A DNA stretch of 64,000 nucleotides from an uncultured Pelagibacteraceae bacterium (GTDB lineage: Bacteria > Pseudomonadota > Alphaproteobacteria > Pelagibacterales > Pelagibacteraceae), in contig CACJCG010000001.1 in assembly GCA_902591845.1 (NCBI GenBank), forward strand, positions 1,080 through 65,079. Reading direction: 5' to 3'. The number at the start of each line of letters is the position of its first letter. Position 1 is the stretch's first letter. This document shows positions 30,619-40,840 of this stretch, in pieces. The notes beneath the pieces were generated by a model. The model worked only from the letters and a program-made list of their open reading frames with translations. It ran no database searches and was not told the origin of the DNA. A program made the translations under genes and the position numbers.

Positions 30619-31707
30619 ATGAAATTTATTTCTCTACTTAGTAATTTAAAGCTTTTATATAATTTTTTTTTATTTCTTGCTTTAATAAATATTTTCTTTT
30701 CCACAGGACAATGTAATGCAAAGACATTTGCTATAAATGATATTGAAATATCAACACCTTTTGAAATAAATTTTAATAAAAATGAAATAATTGATGAAGG
30801 GTTTGTAGAGGCTTTTAATGAACTTATTTTTTCAATTGTCCAAAGTAAAGATCAAGTAAAATTAAAAAATACCTCAATTAATCAAATAAAGGGAATGATT
30901 GAAACTTTCTCTATTATAGATGAGAAGTTTATTGATGAGATTTATTATCTTACTATGAGCGTTTCATTTAATAAAAAAAATATATTTGATTTATTAGAGT
31001 CGAAAAATGTATTTCCATCATTGCCTTTAAAAAAAAATTTTTTATTTATTCCTGTTTTTGTTGATCAAAATAAAAATCAAGTATCAATGTTTTCAGAGAA
31101 TATATTATTTACTAGCTGGAATTTAAAAAATAAAAAATATAATCTTTTAAATTACATCTTACCCACTCAAGATCTTGATGATTTTAGTTTAATTAAAAAA
31201 AATATTAATAATTTAGAAACATATGACTTTAAGGAAATTATAAATAAATACAACATGAATGACTATATCATTATGATTGTTTTTAAAAATAATAATAAAA
31301 TAAGAGTATTTAACAAAATTTTTTTTAATCAAAAAAATAATTTAAAAAATTTAAATTATAGTGAGGTTAATTTTGATAATGAGGAAGAGATATTTAAATT
31401 TATTGATAATTTAAAGTTAGTTTATGAAGATTTTTGGAAATCACAGAATGAAATTAATACCTCAGTAAAATTATCTTTAAATATTTCTATAAATAATTCT
31501 AATAATATTAAACTTAATAAGTTTGAAAAAATCCTATCTGATATGGATTTAATATATAATTTTTATATTTATAAATTTGATAATAAAAATAATTTTTATA
31601 AAGTTATTTTTAATGGAACACCTGATAAATTTTTAAAGGTGATGCGTGATCAAAATTATAATTTTGAAATTAAAAACAAAATTTGGATTTTAAATGACAA
31701 ATCTTAA
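30619..31707 (+). CDS. Exported hypothetical protein (DUF2066-like position, divergent from purM and upstream of hdaA)
   Basis: Long ORF with an N-terminal hydrophobic segment; family assigned from synteny only. Confidence 0.6.
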   Translation: MKFISLLSNLKLLYNFFLFLALINIFFSTGQCNAKTFAINDIEISTPFEINFNKNEIIDEGFVEAFNELIFSIVQSKDQVKLKNTSINQIKGMIETFSIIDEKFIDEIYYLTMSVSFNKKNIFDLLESKNVFPSLPLKKNFLFIPVFVDQNKNQVSMFSENILFTSWNLKNKKYNLLNYILPTQDLDDFSLIKKNINNLETYDFKEIINKYNMNDYIIMIVFKNNNKIRVFNKIFFNQKNNLKNLNYSEVNFDNEEEIFKFIDNLKLVYEDFWKSQNEINTSVKLSLNISINNSNNIKLNKFEKILSDMDLIYNFYIYKFDNKNNFYKVIFNGTPDKFLKVMRDQNYNFEIKNKIWILNDKS

Positions 31708-32356
31708 TCAACAAATACTTAAATTTGATTATGAGCAAAATTTTAAAGATCAGGATTTTTATGTTTCAAATAGCAACGAACATTCTTTTAGCCTATTAAA
31801 TAGCTGGCCAAAATGGGATAAAAATTTTATAAACTTAATAGGTGAAAAGTTTTCAGGAAAAAGTCATTTAATAAATATATTTTTAGAAAAAAATAAAGGA
31901 ATTAAAATTAATTCAGAAGATATTAGTAATGATTTTCTTCAAAAAATTAAAATATATGAAAACATTATTGTTGAGGATTTAACTGAAAGAATAAATGAAA
32001 ACTTATTATTTTCACTCATTAATATAATAGATCAGGATAATAAGTATTTGATTGTAACCTCAAAAATACCAATTGTTAACTTAAAATTTAAACTAAATGA
32101 CCTAAATTCAAGATCTTCCAATTTTATTTTATCTCAAATTGAAAAACCTGGTGATGATTTAATTTATGCATTAATATTAAAAAATCTTTCTGATCGTCAA
32201 ATATCAATAGACCAAAAACTTATTGAATTTATAATTAAGAGAATTGATAGAACTTATGGCAAAATTTCTGATTTCATATATAAAATCGACGAAATTAGTT
32301 TAAAAAGAAAGAAACCGATCGATTTTAAAATTATTAAAGAAGCATTAGAGGTTTAA
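31694..32356 (+). CDS. hdaA: DnaA regulatory inactivator Hda/HdaA
   Basis: N-terminal clamp-binding-like QQILKF, DFYVSNSN, Walker A GEKFSGKSHL, DLNSR. Confidence 0.82.
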   Translation: MTNLNQQILKFDYEQNFKDQDFYVSNSNEHSFSLLNSWPKWDKNFINLIGEKFSGKSHLINIFLEKNKGIKINSEDISNDFLQKIKIYENIIVEDLTERINENLLFSLINIIDQDNKYLIVTSKIPIVNLKFKLNDLNSRSSNFILSQIEKPGDDLIYALILKNLSDRQISIDQKLIEFIIKRIDRTYGKISDFIYKIDEISLKRKKPIDFKIIKEALEV

Positions 32357-34141
32357 TTGAATAAATACAGAACACACAAGTGTAATGAATTAAGAAAGAA
32401 GGATGTAGACAAAAAAATTTCTCTTTCAGGCTGGATAAATAAAAAAAGAGATCATGGGAATTTATTATTTATTGATTTGAGAGATAATTACGGAATTACC
32501 CAATGTATAATTGATAAAGATAATACATATTTTTCTGATTTAGAAAAAATGCAATTAGAAACTGTAATTAAAGTTGAAGGAAAAATTGTTAATAGATCTA
32601 AAGAAACAATTAATTCTGAAATTGACACAGGTGAAATTGAGGTTGTTATTGAGAAGTATGAAGTTTTGGGCACTTGTAAAGAGCTACCTATGCCAATCTT
32701 TAGTGATCAAGAATATGCAGAAGAAATAAGATTGAAATATAGATTTTTAGATTTAAGAAGAAAAAAAATTCATGAAAATATTATTTTAAGATCTAAAGTT
32801 ATTTCATACATCCGAAATGAAATGACTAAATTAGGTTTTTTAGAATTTCAAACACCAATTTTAACCTCATCTAGTCCAGAGGGTGCTAGAGATTTTTTAG
32901 TACCTAGTCGTTTAAATCCAGGAAAATTTTATGCATTACCACAAGCTCCTCAACAATTTAAACAATTAATAATGGTCTCAGGGTTTGATAGATATTTTCA
33001 AATAGCACCTTGTTTTAGAGATGAAGATGCAAGAGCAGACAGAAGTCCTGGAGAGTTTTATCAATTAGATTTAGAAATGTCATTTGTTGAACAGGAAGAT
33101 ATATTTAATGTTGTTGAAAAGTTAATGGTAAATACATTTAAAAATTTTTCTACAAAAAAACTGATGTTTGATAAATTTCCAAAGATATCATTCAAGGAAG
33201 CAATGCTTAAATATGGTACAGATAAACCAGATTTAAGAAATCCACTTATTGTAAATGATATTACTGAGATTTTTACTCGAGAAGATGTTTCATTTGAAAT
33301 ATTTAAAAAATTAGTAAAATCTGGATCTAGAGTAAGATGCATTGTTACAAAAAATACAAAAAATAAACCAAGAAGTTTTTTTGATAATATTGATAAATGG
33401 GCAAAAGATGAAGGTGCTTCTGGTTTAGCATATTTTACTATTGAAAAAGATAAAGATATTTCAGCAAAAGGTCCTGTAGGTAAATTTTTTTCTCAAGACG
33501 CATTACTTGAAATCATGAAAAAAACAAACTGTGAAATAGGAGACAGTATTTTTATGGCTTGTGGAAAACAGGATGAATTAGAAAAAATTACTGCTTTAGC
33601 AAGAGATAAAATTGCAAAAGATCTTGATTTAATAGATGAAAATATTTTCGCATTTTGTTGGATTGTAGATTATCCAATGTTTGAAAAAGAAGAAATAACT
33701 AACAAAATTAAGTTTAGTCATAATCCTTTTTCAATGCCACAAGGTGATTTAAGCGAAAAAGATTTTAAAAGCCCATTAAACATACTTGCATACCAATATG
33801 ACATAGTTTGTAACGGCATAGAATTATCATCTGGTGCAATTAGAAATCATAAACCAGAACTTATGTATAAACTTTTCTCAATTGCAGGATATAATAAAAA
33901 ACAAGTGGATGAAAAATTTAGTGGAATGATTAATGCACTTAGTTATGGAGCACCACCTCATGGAGGTATAGCTCCTGGTATTGATAGAATAGTAATGTTA
34001 CTAGCTAATGAAAAAAATATTAGAGAAGTTACAATGTTTCCAATGAATCAAAATGCTCAAGATTTAATGATGAATGCACCATCAGAGGTGAGTTTAGAGC
34101 AATTAAAAGAATTAAATCTTTCTTTAAAGAATAAAAAATAA
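32357..34141 (+). CDS. aspS: Aspartate-tRNA ligase (probably non-discriminating)
   Basis: YRTHKC, RDHGNLLFIDLRD, PEGARDFLVPSR, CFRDEDARADR, PPHGGIAPGIDR; TTG start. Confidence 0.97.
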   Translation: MNKYRTHKCNELRKKDVDKKISLSGWINKKRDHGNLLFIDLRDNYGITQCIIDKDNTYFSDLEKMQLETVIKVEGKIVNRSKETINSEIDTGEIEVVIEKYEVLGTCKELPMPIFSDQEYAEEIRLKYRFLDLRRKKIHENIILRSKVISYIRNEMTKLGFLEFQTPILTSSSPEGARDFLVPSRLNPGKFYALPQAPQQFKQLIMVSGFDRYFQIAPCFRDEDARADRSPGEFYQLDLEMSFVEQEDIFNVVEKLMVNTFKNFSTKKLMFDKFPKISFKEAMLKYGTDKPDLRNPLIVNDITEIFTREDVSFEIFKKLVKSGSRVRCIVTKNTKNKPRSFFDNIDKWAKDEGASGLAYFTIEKDKDISAKGPVGKFFSQDALLEIMKKTNCEIGDSIFMACGKQDELEKITALARDKIAKDLDLIDENIFAFCWIVDYPMFEKEEITNKIKFSHNPFSMPQGDLSEKDFKSPLNILAYQYDIVCNGIELSSGAIRNHKPELMYKLFSIAGYNKKQVDEKFSGMINALSYGAPPHGGIAPGIDRIVMLLANEKNIREVTMFPMNQNAQDLMMNAPSEVSLEQLKELNLSLKNKK

Positions 34142-34143
34142 AT

Positions 34144-34968
34144 TCATTTTTTTCCTTTTAAACTTATTTTAACATCAGAAAGATCAACTAGGTTTTTCTT
34201 ATAATTATTTCTAACAAAACCCTTGCTAGTAATATCTTTTACAATTTTTAATAATTGATCTTGATCCTCAGAATTTTGATCCTCTGAAGTTAAACTATCA
34301 TTTACTCCAATAGCTGGTGTGTGAGCAAGATCTTCTCTATTTTGATATGAAATTGCTAACTCTCTAAAAATATAATCTAAGATTGATGTAGCACTTAAAA
34401 TTCTATCGTTTCCAGTCACTTTTCCTGAGGGCTCGAATTTTGTACCAACAAATGCACTAATAAATTCATCTAATGGAACTCCATACTGCAGACCCAGTGA
34501 AACTGCTATAGCAAAGTTATTCATTAAAGCTTTTACAAGCTCACCTTCTTTACTAGTATCTATAAAAATTTCTCCAATTTTCCCATCCTCATATTCACCT
34601 GTATGAAGGTAAACTTTATGATCACCTATAGTAGCTTTCTGGATGTAACCTTTTCTTCTATCAGGCATACTAAATCTTTTGCCTGATTTTTCATTAGTTT
34701 TATTAAGATTAGTAATTACACTTTCTTTAGAAACAGTGTTTTTAATATTAGTTTCAGTAACTACCTCTACAGCTTTATTCTCTAGCGATTTATTGTTTTT
34801 AGGGTCCAGGCTTTTTGTTTTTCTATTGTCTAATTTTAAGTCAAGAACCTCAAATTTGCCGTCATCTCTCTTTTCCAATTTTTTTAATTCTGTTTCATTA
34901 ATGTCGTCTAAGTAATGGTTTACTTTAAAAGTGCATGTGTAATAAGTTTCAACTAAGTATTTTGCCAT
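34144..34968 (-). CDS. Stand-alone C-terminal (TSCPD-like) domain of class II ribonucleotide reductase with an unrelated N-terminus
   Basis: [70 protein letters not shown] resemble the alphaproteobacterial NrdJ tail; no catalytic barrel. Confidence 0.82.
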   Translation of the reverse strand: MAKYLVETYYTCTFKVNHYLDDINETELKKLEKRDDGKFEVLDLKLDNRKTKSLDPKNNKSLENKAVEVVTETNIKNTVSKESVITNLNKTNEKSGKRFSMPDRRKGYIQKATIGDHKVYLHTGEYEDGKIGEIFIDTSKEGELVKALMNNFAIAVSLGLQYGVPLDEFISAFVGTKFEPSGKVTGNDRILSATSILDYIFRELAISYQNREDLAHTPAIGVNDSLTSEDQNSEDQDQLLKIVKDITSKGFVRNNYKKNLVDLSDVKISLKGKK

Positions 34969-35082
34969 TTAACCTCAATTTAAATTTTAATTTGAATATT
35001 GAATCAATTAATTTATATACATATTCATATTTTAGTCTAATTTAAATTTTACAATTTTTAATTGAATAAATAAAAAAAAATT

Positions 35083-35442
35083 ATGTTGACACTTTTTAAA
35101 AAAATTTTCACTTGGTGGAATCAAGATACTTTTGGAACAAGATTGAAAACTATATTTTTTGGAAAACTTGTTGGAACAGATGAATTAGGTAATAAATATT
35201 ATGAAAGTAAAGATGGAAAAAGATGGGTTATATATTCAGACACAATTGACGCATCAAAAATTCCTGTAGAGTGGTATTCTTGGATACACTTTACCCCAAA
35301 TAAAATAGAAAAAAAACATAGTTTTGAAAAATACGATTGGCAAAAACCGCATCAGGAAAATTTAACTGGAACAGATTCAGCATATTATCCAAATAAAAAT
35401 AAAGATGGTGTTAAAAAAAAATACTCAAGCTGGAAAGAATAA
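35083..35442 (+). CDS. NADH:ubiquinone oxidoreductase subunit NDUFA12 (17.2 kDa) family
   Basis: LVGTDELGNKYYE, RWVIY, ASKIPVEWYSWIH, PHQENLTGT. Confidence 0.92.
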   Translation: MLTLFKKIFTWWNQDTFGTRLKTIFFGKLVGTDELGNKYYESKDGKRWVIYSDTIDASKIPVEWYSWIHFTPNKIEKKHSFEKYDWQKPHQENLTGTDSAYYPNKNKDGVKKKYSSWKE

Positions 35443-35812
35443 TTTTAAATTAATATCTCTAGTTTTTTTAGTTTATTTATGCTTAATATTTGAGTCACAT
35501 TCACAAAATAAATTAGAGGGTATTTTTACTGATATTAAAATTTTAGATAAAATTAGTTCAAAAAACACTTTGCTAAAATTGAAAAATGGAGAATTAAAAA
35601 AATTTAAAGATTTAGAAATAAAAAGTCTCAAATGTAAAAATTCTGAGTTTGATGATAATCCAGAGATAACAGCTTATATTCAAGTTAGAGATTTAACTTA
35701 TAAAAATAATGATGAAGTTTTTGTATTTAATGGTTGGATGTTTTCATCTAGTCCTTCTATAACACCTTTCGATCACCCAGTTTATGACTTATGGTTGTTA
35801 AATTGTTATTAA
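35405..35812 (+). CDS. DUF2155 family exported protein
   Basis: ILDKIS, FNGWMFSSSPSITPFDHPVYDLWLLNC. Confidence 0.85.
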   Translation: MVLKKNTQAGKNNFKLISLVFLVYLCLIFESHSQNKLEGIFTDIKILDKISSKNTLLKLKNGELKKFKDLEIKSLKCKNSEFDDNPEITAYIQVRDLTYKNNDEVFVFNGWMFSSSPSITPFDHPVYDLWLLNCY

Positions 35813-37146
35813 ACAATTGTATCTTTATCTAACCAACTAACGTTAAAATCTGAATTGATAAATTTTTTGTGATTGAGTAATTTTTTATGCAGAGGGATTG
35901 TTGTGGTTATCCCTTCAATAACGAACTCATCCAAAGACCTATTCATTCTTTGAATAGCCTCAGTCCTATTTCTTCCATGGCAAATTAATTTACAAACCAT
36001 ACTGTCATAATAAGGTGTTACCTTATAACCTTGAAATATTGCTCCATCTACTCTTGTTCTAAATCCAGACGGCTGGTGGCACATTGATATAATACCAGGC
36101 GATGGCTGAAAGTTTTTACTAGCATCCTCAGCATTTATTCTACATTCAATTGCATGACCTCTAGGATTTATATCAGTTTGTTTTAAAGCTGTTTCACCTG
36201 AAAAAGCGATCCAAATCTGTTCTTTTATTATATCTATTCCTGTTACCATCTCAGTTACAGGATGTTCAACTTGAACTCTTGTATTCATCTCAAGAAAATA
36301 AAATTTCCCATCTTCATATATAAACTCAACAGTCCCAGCCCCCATATAACCAATTTTTTCAACCATTTTTACTGTTCTTTCAAATAAATCTTTTCTTATT
36401 TCATCATTTAAAACTGGACTTGGTGTTTCTTCTATTAATTTTTGATGTCTTCTTTGAACCGAACAATCTCTTTCGTGTAGGTGTACTGCTCTATTTTTTC
36501 CAGCTAATATTTGAACCTCAATATGTCTTGGATTTTGAAAAAATTTTTCAATATATACTTCATCATTACCAAAGTATTTTTGTGCTTCTGATTTTGCAGT
36601 TGAAAACAGCGTTTCAAATTCTTCTTCCTTATAAACTATTTTCATACCCTTACCTCCACCTCCACCTGAGGCTTTGATTAGAACAGGAAAACCAATTTTT
36701 TTACAAAGTTCTTTTGCTTCAGATACATCTTTTACTCCTCCTTCAGACCCTTCAATAACGGGCAATCCATTTTCTTTAGCTATTCTTTTTGCTTGGATTT
36801 TATCACCCATCATTTCTATATGTTTTGATGAAGCTCCAATAAAATTAATTTTGTTCTCTTCTAAAATTCTTGCAAAATTTGCATTTTCAGAAAGAAAACC
36901 ATATCCAGGATGAACAGCATCAGCATTTGTAAGTTCTATTGCTGACATTAATGCTGGAATATTTAAATAACTATTTGCTGGTTGATGAGAACCTATACAA
37001 ACACTTTCATCTGCCATTCTCACATGCATGCTTTCTCTATCTACATCTGAATGAACAGCTACTGTAAGTATTCCCCATTCTTTACATGCTCTAATAATTC
37101 TAACTGCAATTTCCCCACGGTTTGCAATTAAAATTTTTTTAAACAT
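35809..37146 (-). CDS. accC: Biotin carboxylase
   Basis: LIANRGEIA, HPGYGFLSEN, GGGGKGM, ERDCSVQRRHQK, EMNTRVQVEHPVTE. Confidence 0.97.
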   Translation of the reverse strand: MFKKILIANRGEIAVRIIRACKEWGILTVAVHSDVDRESMHVRMADESVCIGSHQPANSYLNIPALMSAIELTNADAVHPGYGFLSENANFARILEENKINFIGASSKHIEMMGDKIQAKRIAKENGLPVIEGSEGGVKDVSEAKELCKKIGFPVLIKASGGGGGKGMKIVYKEEEFETLFSTAKSEAQKYFGNDEVYIEKFFQNPRHIEVQILAGKNRAVHLHERDCSVQRRHQKLIEETPSPVLNDEIRKDLFERTVKMVEKIGYMGAGTVEFIYEDGKFYFLEMNTRVQVEHPVTEMVTGIDIIKEQIWIAFSGETALKQTDINPRGHAIECRINAEDASKNFQPSPGIISMCHQPSGFRTRVDGAIFQGYKVTPYYDSMVCKLICHGRNRTEAIQRMNRSLDEFVIEGITTTIPLHKKLLNHKKFINSDFNVSWLDKDTIV

Positions 37147-37149
37147 TAT

Positions 37150-37584
37150 TTATTCTAGGATAATAATAGTTTGACCAAATTCTACGGGTTGGCCGTCTTC
37201 AACACAAATTTCTTTTACTACACCATCTGCTGTTGAAGGAACATGATTCATGGTTTTCATTGCCTCAACAATCATTATTGTATCACCTTTTTTAATTTTT
37301 TTTCCAATCTCAACAAATTTTTTAGCACCTGGTTCTGGAGCATGATATGCAGTTCCAATTATAGGTGAAGTAATTTCAGTTCCTGATTTAATATTTTGAG
37401 TTTGAGTAAGTGCTGAACTTGATGCAGGTGATGAGGATGAAATAACTTGAGGTTGATTACTTATTGAAACATTATTTTTTGATACTTTAATTTTTGTATC
37501 CTTTTCAGTTATCTCTATTTCAGTAAGATTAAATTCTTTTAAATAATCACTTAATTCTTTAATTATTTTTTTATCTATTTTCAT
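37150..37584 (-). CDS. accB: Biotin carboxyl carrier protein
   Basis: SPIIGTAY, EAMKTMN biotinylation motif. Confidence 0.96.
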   Translation of the reverse strand: MKIDKKIIKELSDYLKEFNLTEIEITEKDTKIKVSKNNVSISNQPQVISSSSPASSSALTQTQNIKSGTEITSPIIGTAYHAPEPGAKKFVEIGKKIKKGDTIMIVEAMKTMNHVPSTADGVVKEICVEDGQPVEFGQTIIILE

Positions 37585-38020
37585 TATGCAAAGTCTTTTG
37601 TAATGAAATTATGGCCAAAATATATCCTTCAGCACCTAATCCAAAAATTCCTCCAGTTACTACATCACTTATAAGTGATTTATGTCTAAATTCTTCTCTT
37701 TTATAAATATTAGATAAATGTAGCTCGATTATTGGTTTTTTAAATAAATCTAGAGCATCTCTTATAGCCACAGAAGTATGAGTAAATGCAGCAGCATTTA
37801 TAATCATACCATCAAATTTTTTCCTAGCATCTTGAATAATATTAACAAGCTCTCCTTCAACATTAGATTGAGCAAATTCAACATCAAGACCAATTTCTTT
37901 TGCTTTTTTAGAACAATTCTCTTTAAGTTGGTCATACGTAGTTGATCCATATTGTGATTGTTCTCTTTCTCCTAATAGATTAAGATTTGGACCGTTAATA
38001 ATAATTATTTTATTATTCAT
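37571..38020 (-). CDS. aroQ: Type II 3-dehydroquinate dehydratase
   Basis: NGPNLNLLGERE, NAAAFTHTSVAIRDA, ELHLSNIYKREEFRH. Confidence 0.97.
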   Translation of the reverse strand: MNNKIIIINGPNLNLLGEREQSQYGSTTYDQLKENCSKKAKEIGLDVEFAQSNVEGELVNIIQDARKKFDGMIINAAAFTHTSVAIRDALDLFKKPIIELHLSNIYKREEFRHKSLISDVVTGGIFGLGAEGYILAIISLQKTLHNENR

Positions 38021-38036
38021 TCAGCACTTATATACG

Positions 38037-38255
38037 ATGAAAAAAATAAAAAAAATAAAAATCAAAATAAATGGTAAAATCAAATCTATAATTCAAGATT
38101 CTAATCTCTCTATGGTGTTAAAAAATCTAAAAATACCATTAAATAAAGTAGCAATTGAGCTTAATGAGGAAATAATAGATAAAAAAAAAATTAATAAAAT
38201 AAAATTAAATAAAAATGATAAAATTGAAATAGTTCATTTTATTGGAGGTGGTTAA
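38037..38255 (+). CDS. thiS: Sulfur carrier protein ThiS
   Basis: VAIELNEEI, DKIEIVHFIGGG C-terminus. Confidence 0.93.
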   Translation: MKKIKKIKIKINGKIKSIIQDSNLSMVLKNLKIPLNKVAIELNEEIIDKKKINKIKLNKNDKIEIVHFIGGG

Positions 38256-38256
38256 T

Positions 38257-39030
38257 TTGAAAAAAGATAGTCTTATTATTGCGAATAAAAAATTTAATTC
38301 CAGATTAATCGTTGGAACTGGAAAATATAAAAGTATGTCTGAGTGCGCAAAAGCAATTAAACTCTCAGGAGCAGAAATCGTAACAGTTGCCGTAAGAAGG
38401 GTTAATATTTCAGATAAAAATAAGCCTTTGCTTATGGATTATATTGATCCAAAAAAAATTACATATTTACCTAATACTGCTGGATGTTTTAATTCAAAAG
38501 AGGCTTTGAGAACTTTAAGATTAGCTAGAGAAATAGGTGGTTGGAAGTTAGTGAAATTAGAAGTTTTAGGAGATAAAAAAAATTTATTTCCTGACATGAT
38601 AGAAACTTTAAAATCAACAGAGGTTTTGGCTAAAGAGGGTTTTAGGGTTATGGTTTATTGCAATGATGATCCTTTAATGGCTAAGCGTCTAGAAAATTCA
38701 GGTGCTGACGCAATAATGCCTTTAGCTGCACCAATTGGATCAGGACTAGGCATTCAAAACAAAATCAATATTCAAATAATTAGAAAACAAACCAAACTTC
38801 CATTGATTATTGACGCTGGATTAGGTCAAGCATCCGACGCAACAATAGCAATGGAGCTAGGATGTGATGGAGTACTTGTTAATACAGCAATTGCAAAAGC
38901 CAAAAAACCTTTTGAAATGGCGCTTGCTTTTAAAAATGCTGTTATCGCTGGTAGACAATCTTACAAGTCAGGAAGAATAGATAAAATTTTGATGGGCAAT
39001 CCATCATCTCCCTCAAAAGGAATTATTTAG
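38257..39030 (+). CDS. thiG: Thiazole synthase
   Basis: SRLIVGTGKY, LPNTAGC, VKLEV, MPLAAPIGSGLG, IDAGLG; likely TTG start at 38257 after GGAGG. Confidence 0.96.
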   Translation: MKKDSLIIANKKFNSRLIVGTGKYKSMSECAKAIKLSGAEIVTVAVRRVNISDKNKPLLMDYIDPKKITYLPNTAGCFNSKEALRTLRLAREIGGWKLVKLEVLGDKKNLFPDMIETLKSTEVLAKEGFRVMVYCNDDPLMAKRLENSGADAIMPLAAPIGSGLGIQNKINIQIIRKQTKLPLIIDAGLGQASDATIAMELGCDGVLVNTAIAKAKKPFEMALAFKNAVIAGRQSYKSGRIDKILMGNPSSPSKGII

Positions 39031-40840
39031 ACTTTTTATAATATCTTTTTCTTTTATGAGTTTTTTTATTTATTTTTTTTATTACTTTTTTTTCAGTAAT
39101 TTTATTTTCTTTAATTTGTATTTCTAGATTTTTTAACTTTTCATAATATTCAATTAATTCAATTGTTTTTTTGGATTTATTTTGAATATTTATAATGTAT
39201 TCAGGGATTATTAAAGTATTGTCGCTTATAATATCAATTGTTATTTTGTTTTTTTTTTCAAAATAAGTTAGATCATTTACAAAATTTTCTTTTAGAAAGT
39301 CAGAAATTTTTTCGCAAACTCTCAATTCAACAAATTTAGCTTTGTTTATGACAGCTTTTAATTCAACTATTTTTAAGAGTTTTTGTGCAAAAGACTCATC
39401 AGTTAATGTAACTTTCCATTTAATTGCACTTTCCCTTAGCCTTTGTCTGGACATTTCTAAAAGACCAAAATTACTTATTCTTCCTATTTGAATTCTTGCT
39501 CTATCAGATCTACATTTTTCTTTTAATTTTCTTTCGACCAATCTTCTATTTCCATAGCTGAGCATATCAATGAAATCTATAATTATTAAACCTGATAAAT
39601 CTCTAATCTTTATTTGTCTTGCTATTTCTTCTGCAGCTTCGATATTTGTATCTAAAGCAGTATTCTCGACGTTCTTTCCTTTAATTGAACTTCCTGAGTT
39701 TATATCGATTGATACTAAAGCTTCAGTTGGATTAATAACTAAATAACCACCAGATTTGAGCTTAATTTCTGAGTCAAAAATTTGGTTTAATTTTTGTTCA
39801 ATATTTTCTTGAATGAATAGTGGAGTTTTACCTCTATATTTTTTTACTTTTTTTACACTTGATGGCATCATGGTTTTCATAAAAGACTGTGCTTTCTTAT
39901 AACCTTCGTTACCTTCGACTATTACATTTTGGGTATTATCATCAAACATATCTCTTAAAGTTCTTTTAATTATTTCACTTTCTTGATGTATCAATGAGGG
40001 TGCAATTGAATTAATTGCATTTTCTTTTATTTGACCCCAGCTATTAATTAAAGTTACTAGATCATTATTGATTTCATTTTTTGTTTTATTGCTTCCAGCT
40101 GTTCTAACTATTAACCCCATCTCCCTAGGTATTTCTATTTCATTTAAAATTGTTCTAATTTTTTTTCTATCTGCAGGATTAAAAATTTTTCTTGATATAC
40201 CTCCACCTTTAGCAGTATTAGGCATTAATACTATATATTTTCCTGCAATAGAAATGAAAGTACTAAGCGCTGCACCTTTTTGACCTCTCTCATCTTTTAT
40301 AACCTGCACAAGAATTACTTGGTTAGGTTTAATTACTTCTTGGATTTTATATCTTTTAAATTTAAATTTATGTTCCTTTTTTTTTTCTTTATCTTCCTCT
40401 GAATTTTCTTTAGCTATACCATTTTCTTTATCAAGAGACTCCTCATCTATTTGTTCTCGAGCGTCTTTATTAATTGGATCATCTATTTCTAATTTTCCTT
40501 CAGCAATATTTTCTTCCTCTTTGGCTTCAACTTCTTTAGATAGTTCCTCTCTAGCTCTTTCCTCTTGTTCTTTTATTTTTTCTAAATCTGCTTTTGGGAT
40601 TTGGTAGTAGTCAGACTGAATATCGTTAAATGATAGAAACCCGTGTCTCTCTCTTCCAAAATCAACAAAGGCAGCTTGTAAAGAAGGCTCTATTCTGCTT
40701 ACTTTGCCTAAATATATATTATTTTTTATTAAGTTGTTTTTTAGACCTTCGTATTCGTAATCTTCAATATTTTCGCCTGATTTAAGTACAACTCTAATTT
40801 CATTAGGATGCGAAGCATCAATGTATAAATTTTTTTCCAT
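39023..40840 (-). CDS. rne: Ribonuclease E/G family endoribonuclease
   Basis: IEPSLQAAFVDFG, ERGQKGAALST, TEALVSIDINSG, RDLSGLIIIDFIDM, GLLEMSRQRLR. Confidence 0.95.
   Translation of the reverse strand: MEKNLYIDASHPNEIRVVLKSGENIEDYEYEGLKNNLIKNNIYLGKVSRIEPSLQAAFVDFGRERHGFLSFNDIQSDYYQIPKADLEKIKEQEERAREELSKEVEAKEEENIAEGKLEIDDPINKDAREQIDEESLDKENGIAKENSEEDKEKKKEHKFKFKRYKIQEVIKPNQVILVQVIKDERGQKGAALSTFISIAGKYIVLMPNTAKGGGISRKIFNPADRKKIRTILNEIEIPREMGLIVRTAGSNKTKNEINNDLVTLINSWGQIKENAINSIAPSLIHQESEIIKRTLRDMFDDNTQNVIVEGNEGYKKAQSFMKTMMPSSVKKVKKYRGKTPLFIQENIEQKLNQIFDSEIKLKSGGYLVINPTEALVSIDINSGSSIKGKNVENTALDTNIEAAEEIARQIKIRDLSGLIIIDFIDMLSYGNRRLVERKLKEKCRSDRARIQIGRISNFGLLEMSRQRLRESAIKWKVTLTDESFAQKLLKIVELKAVINKAKFVELRVCEKISDFLKENFVNDLTYFEKKNKITIDIISDNTLIIPEYIINIQNKSKKTIELIEYYEKLKNLEIQIKENKITEKKVIKKINKKTHKRKRYYKKSK

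Noticed and set aside
34969-35082. NrdR box upstream of the NrdJ remnant
   Set aside because: Only weak AT-rich similarity; no convincing tandem 16-bp boxes.
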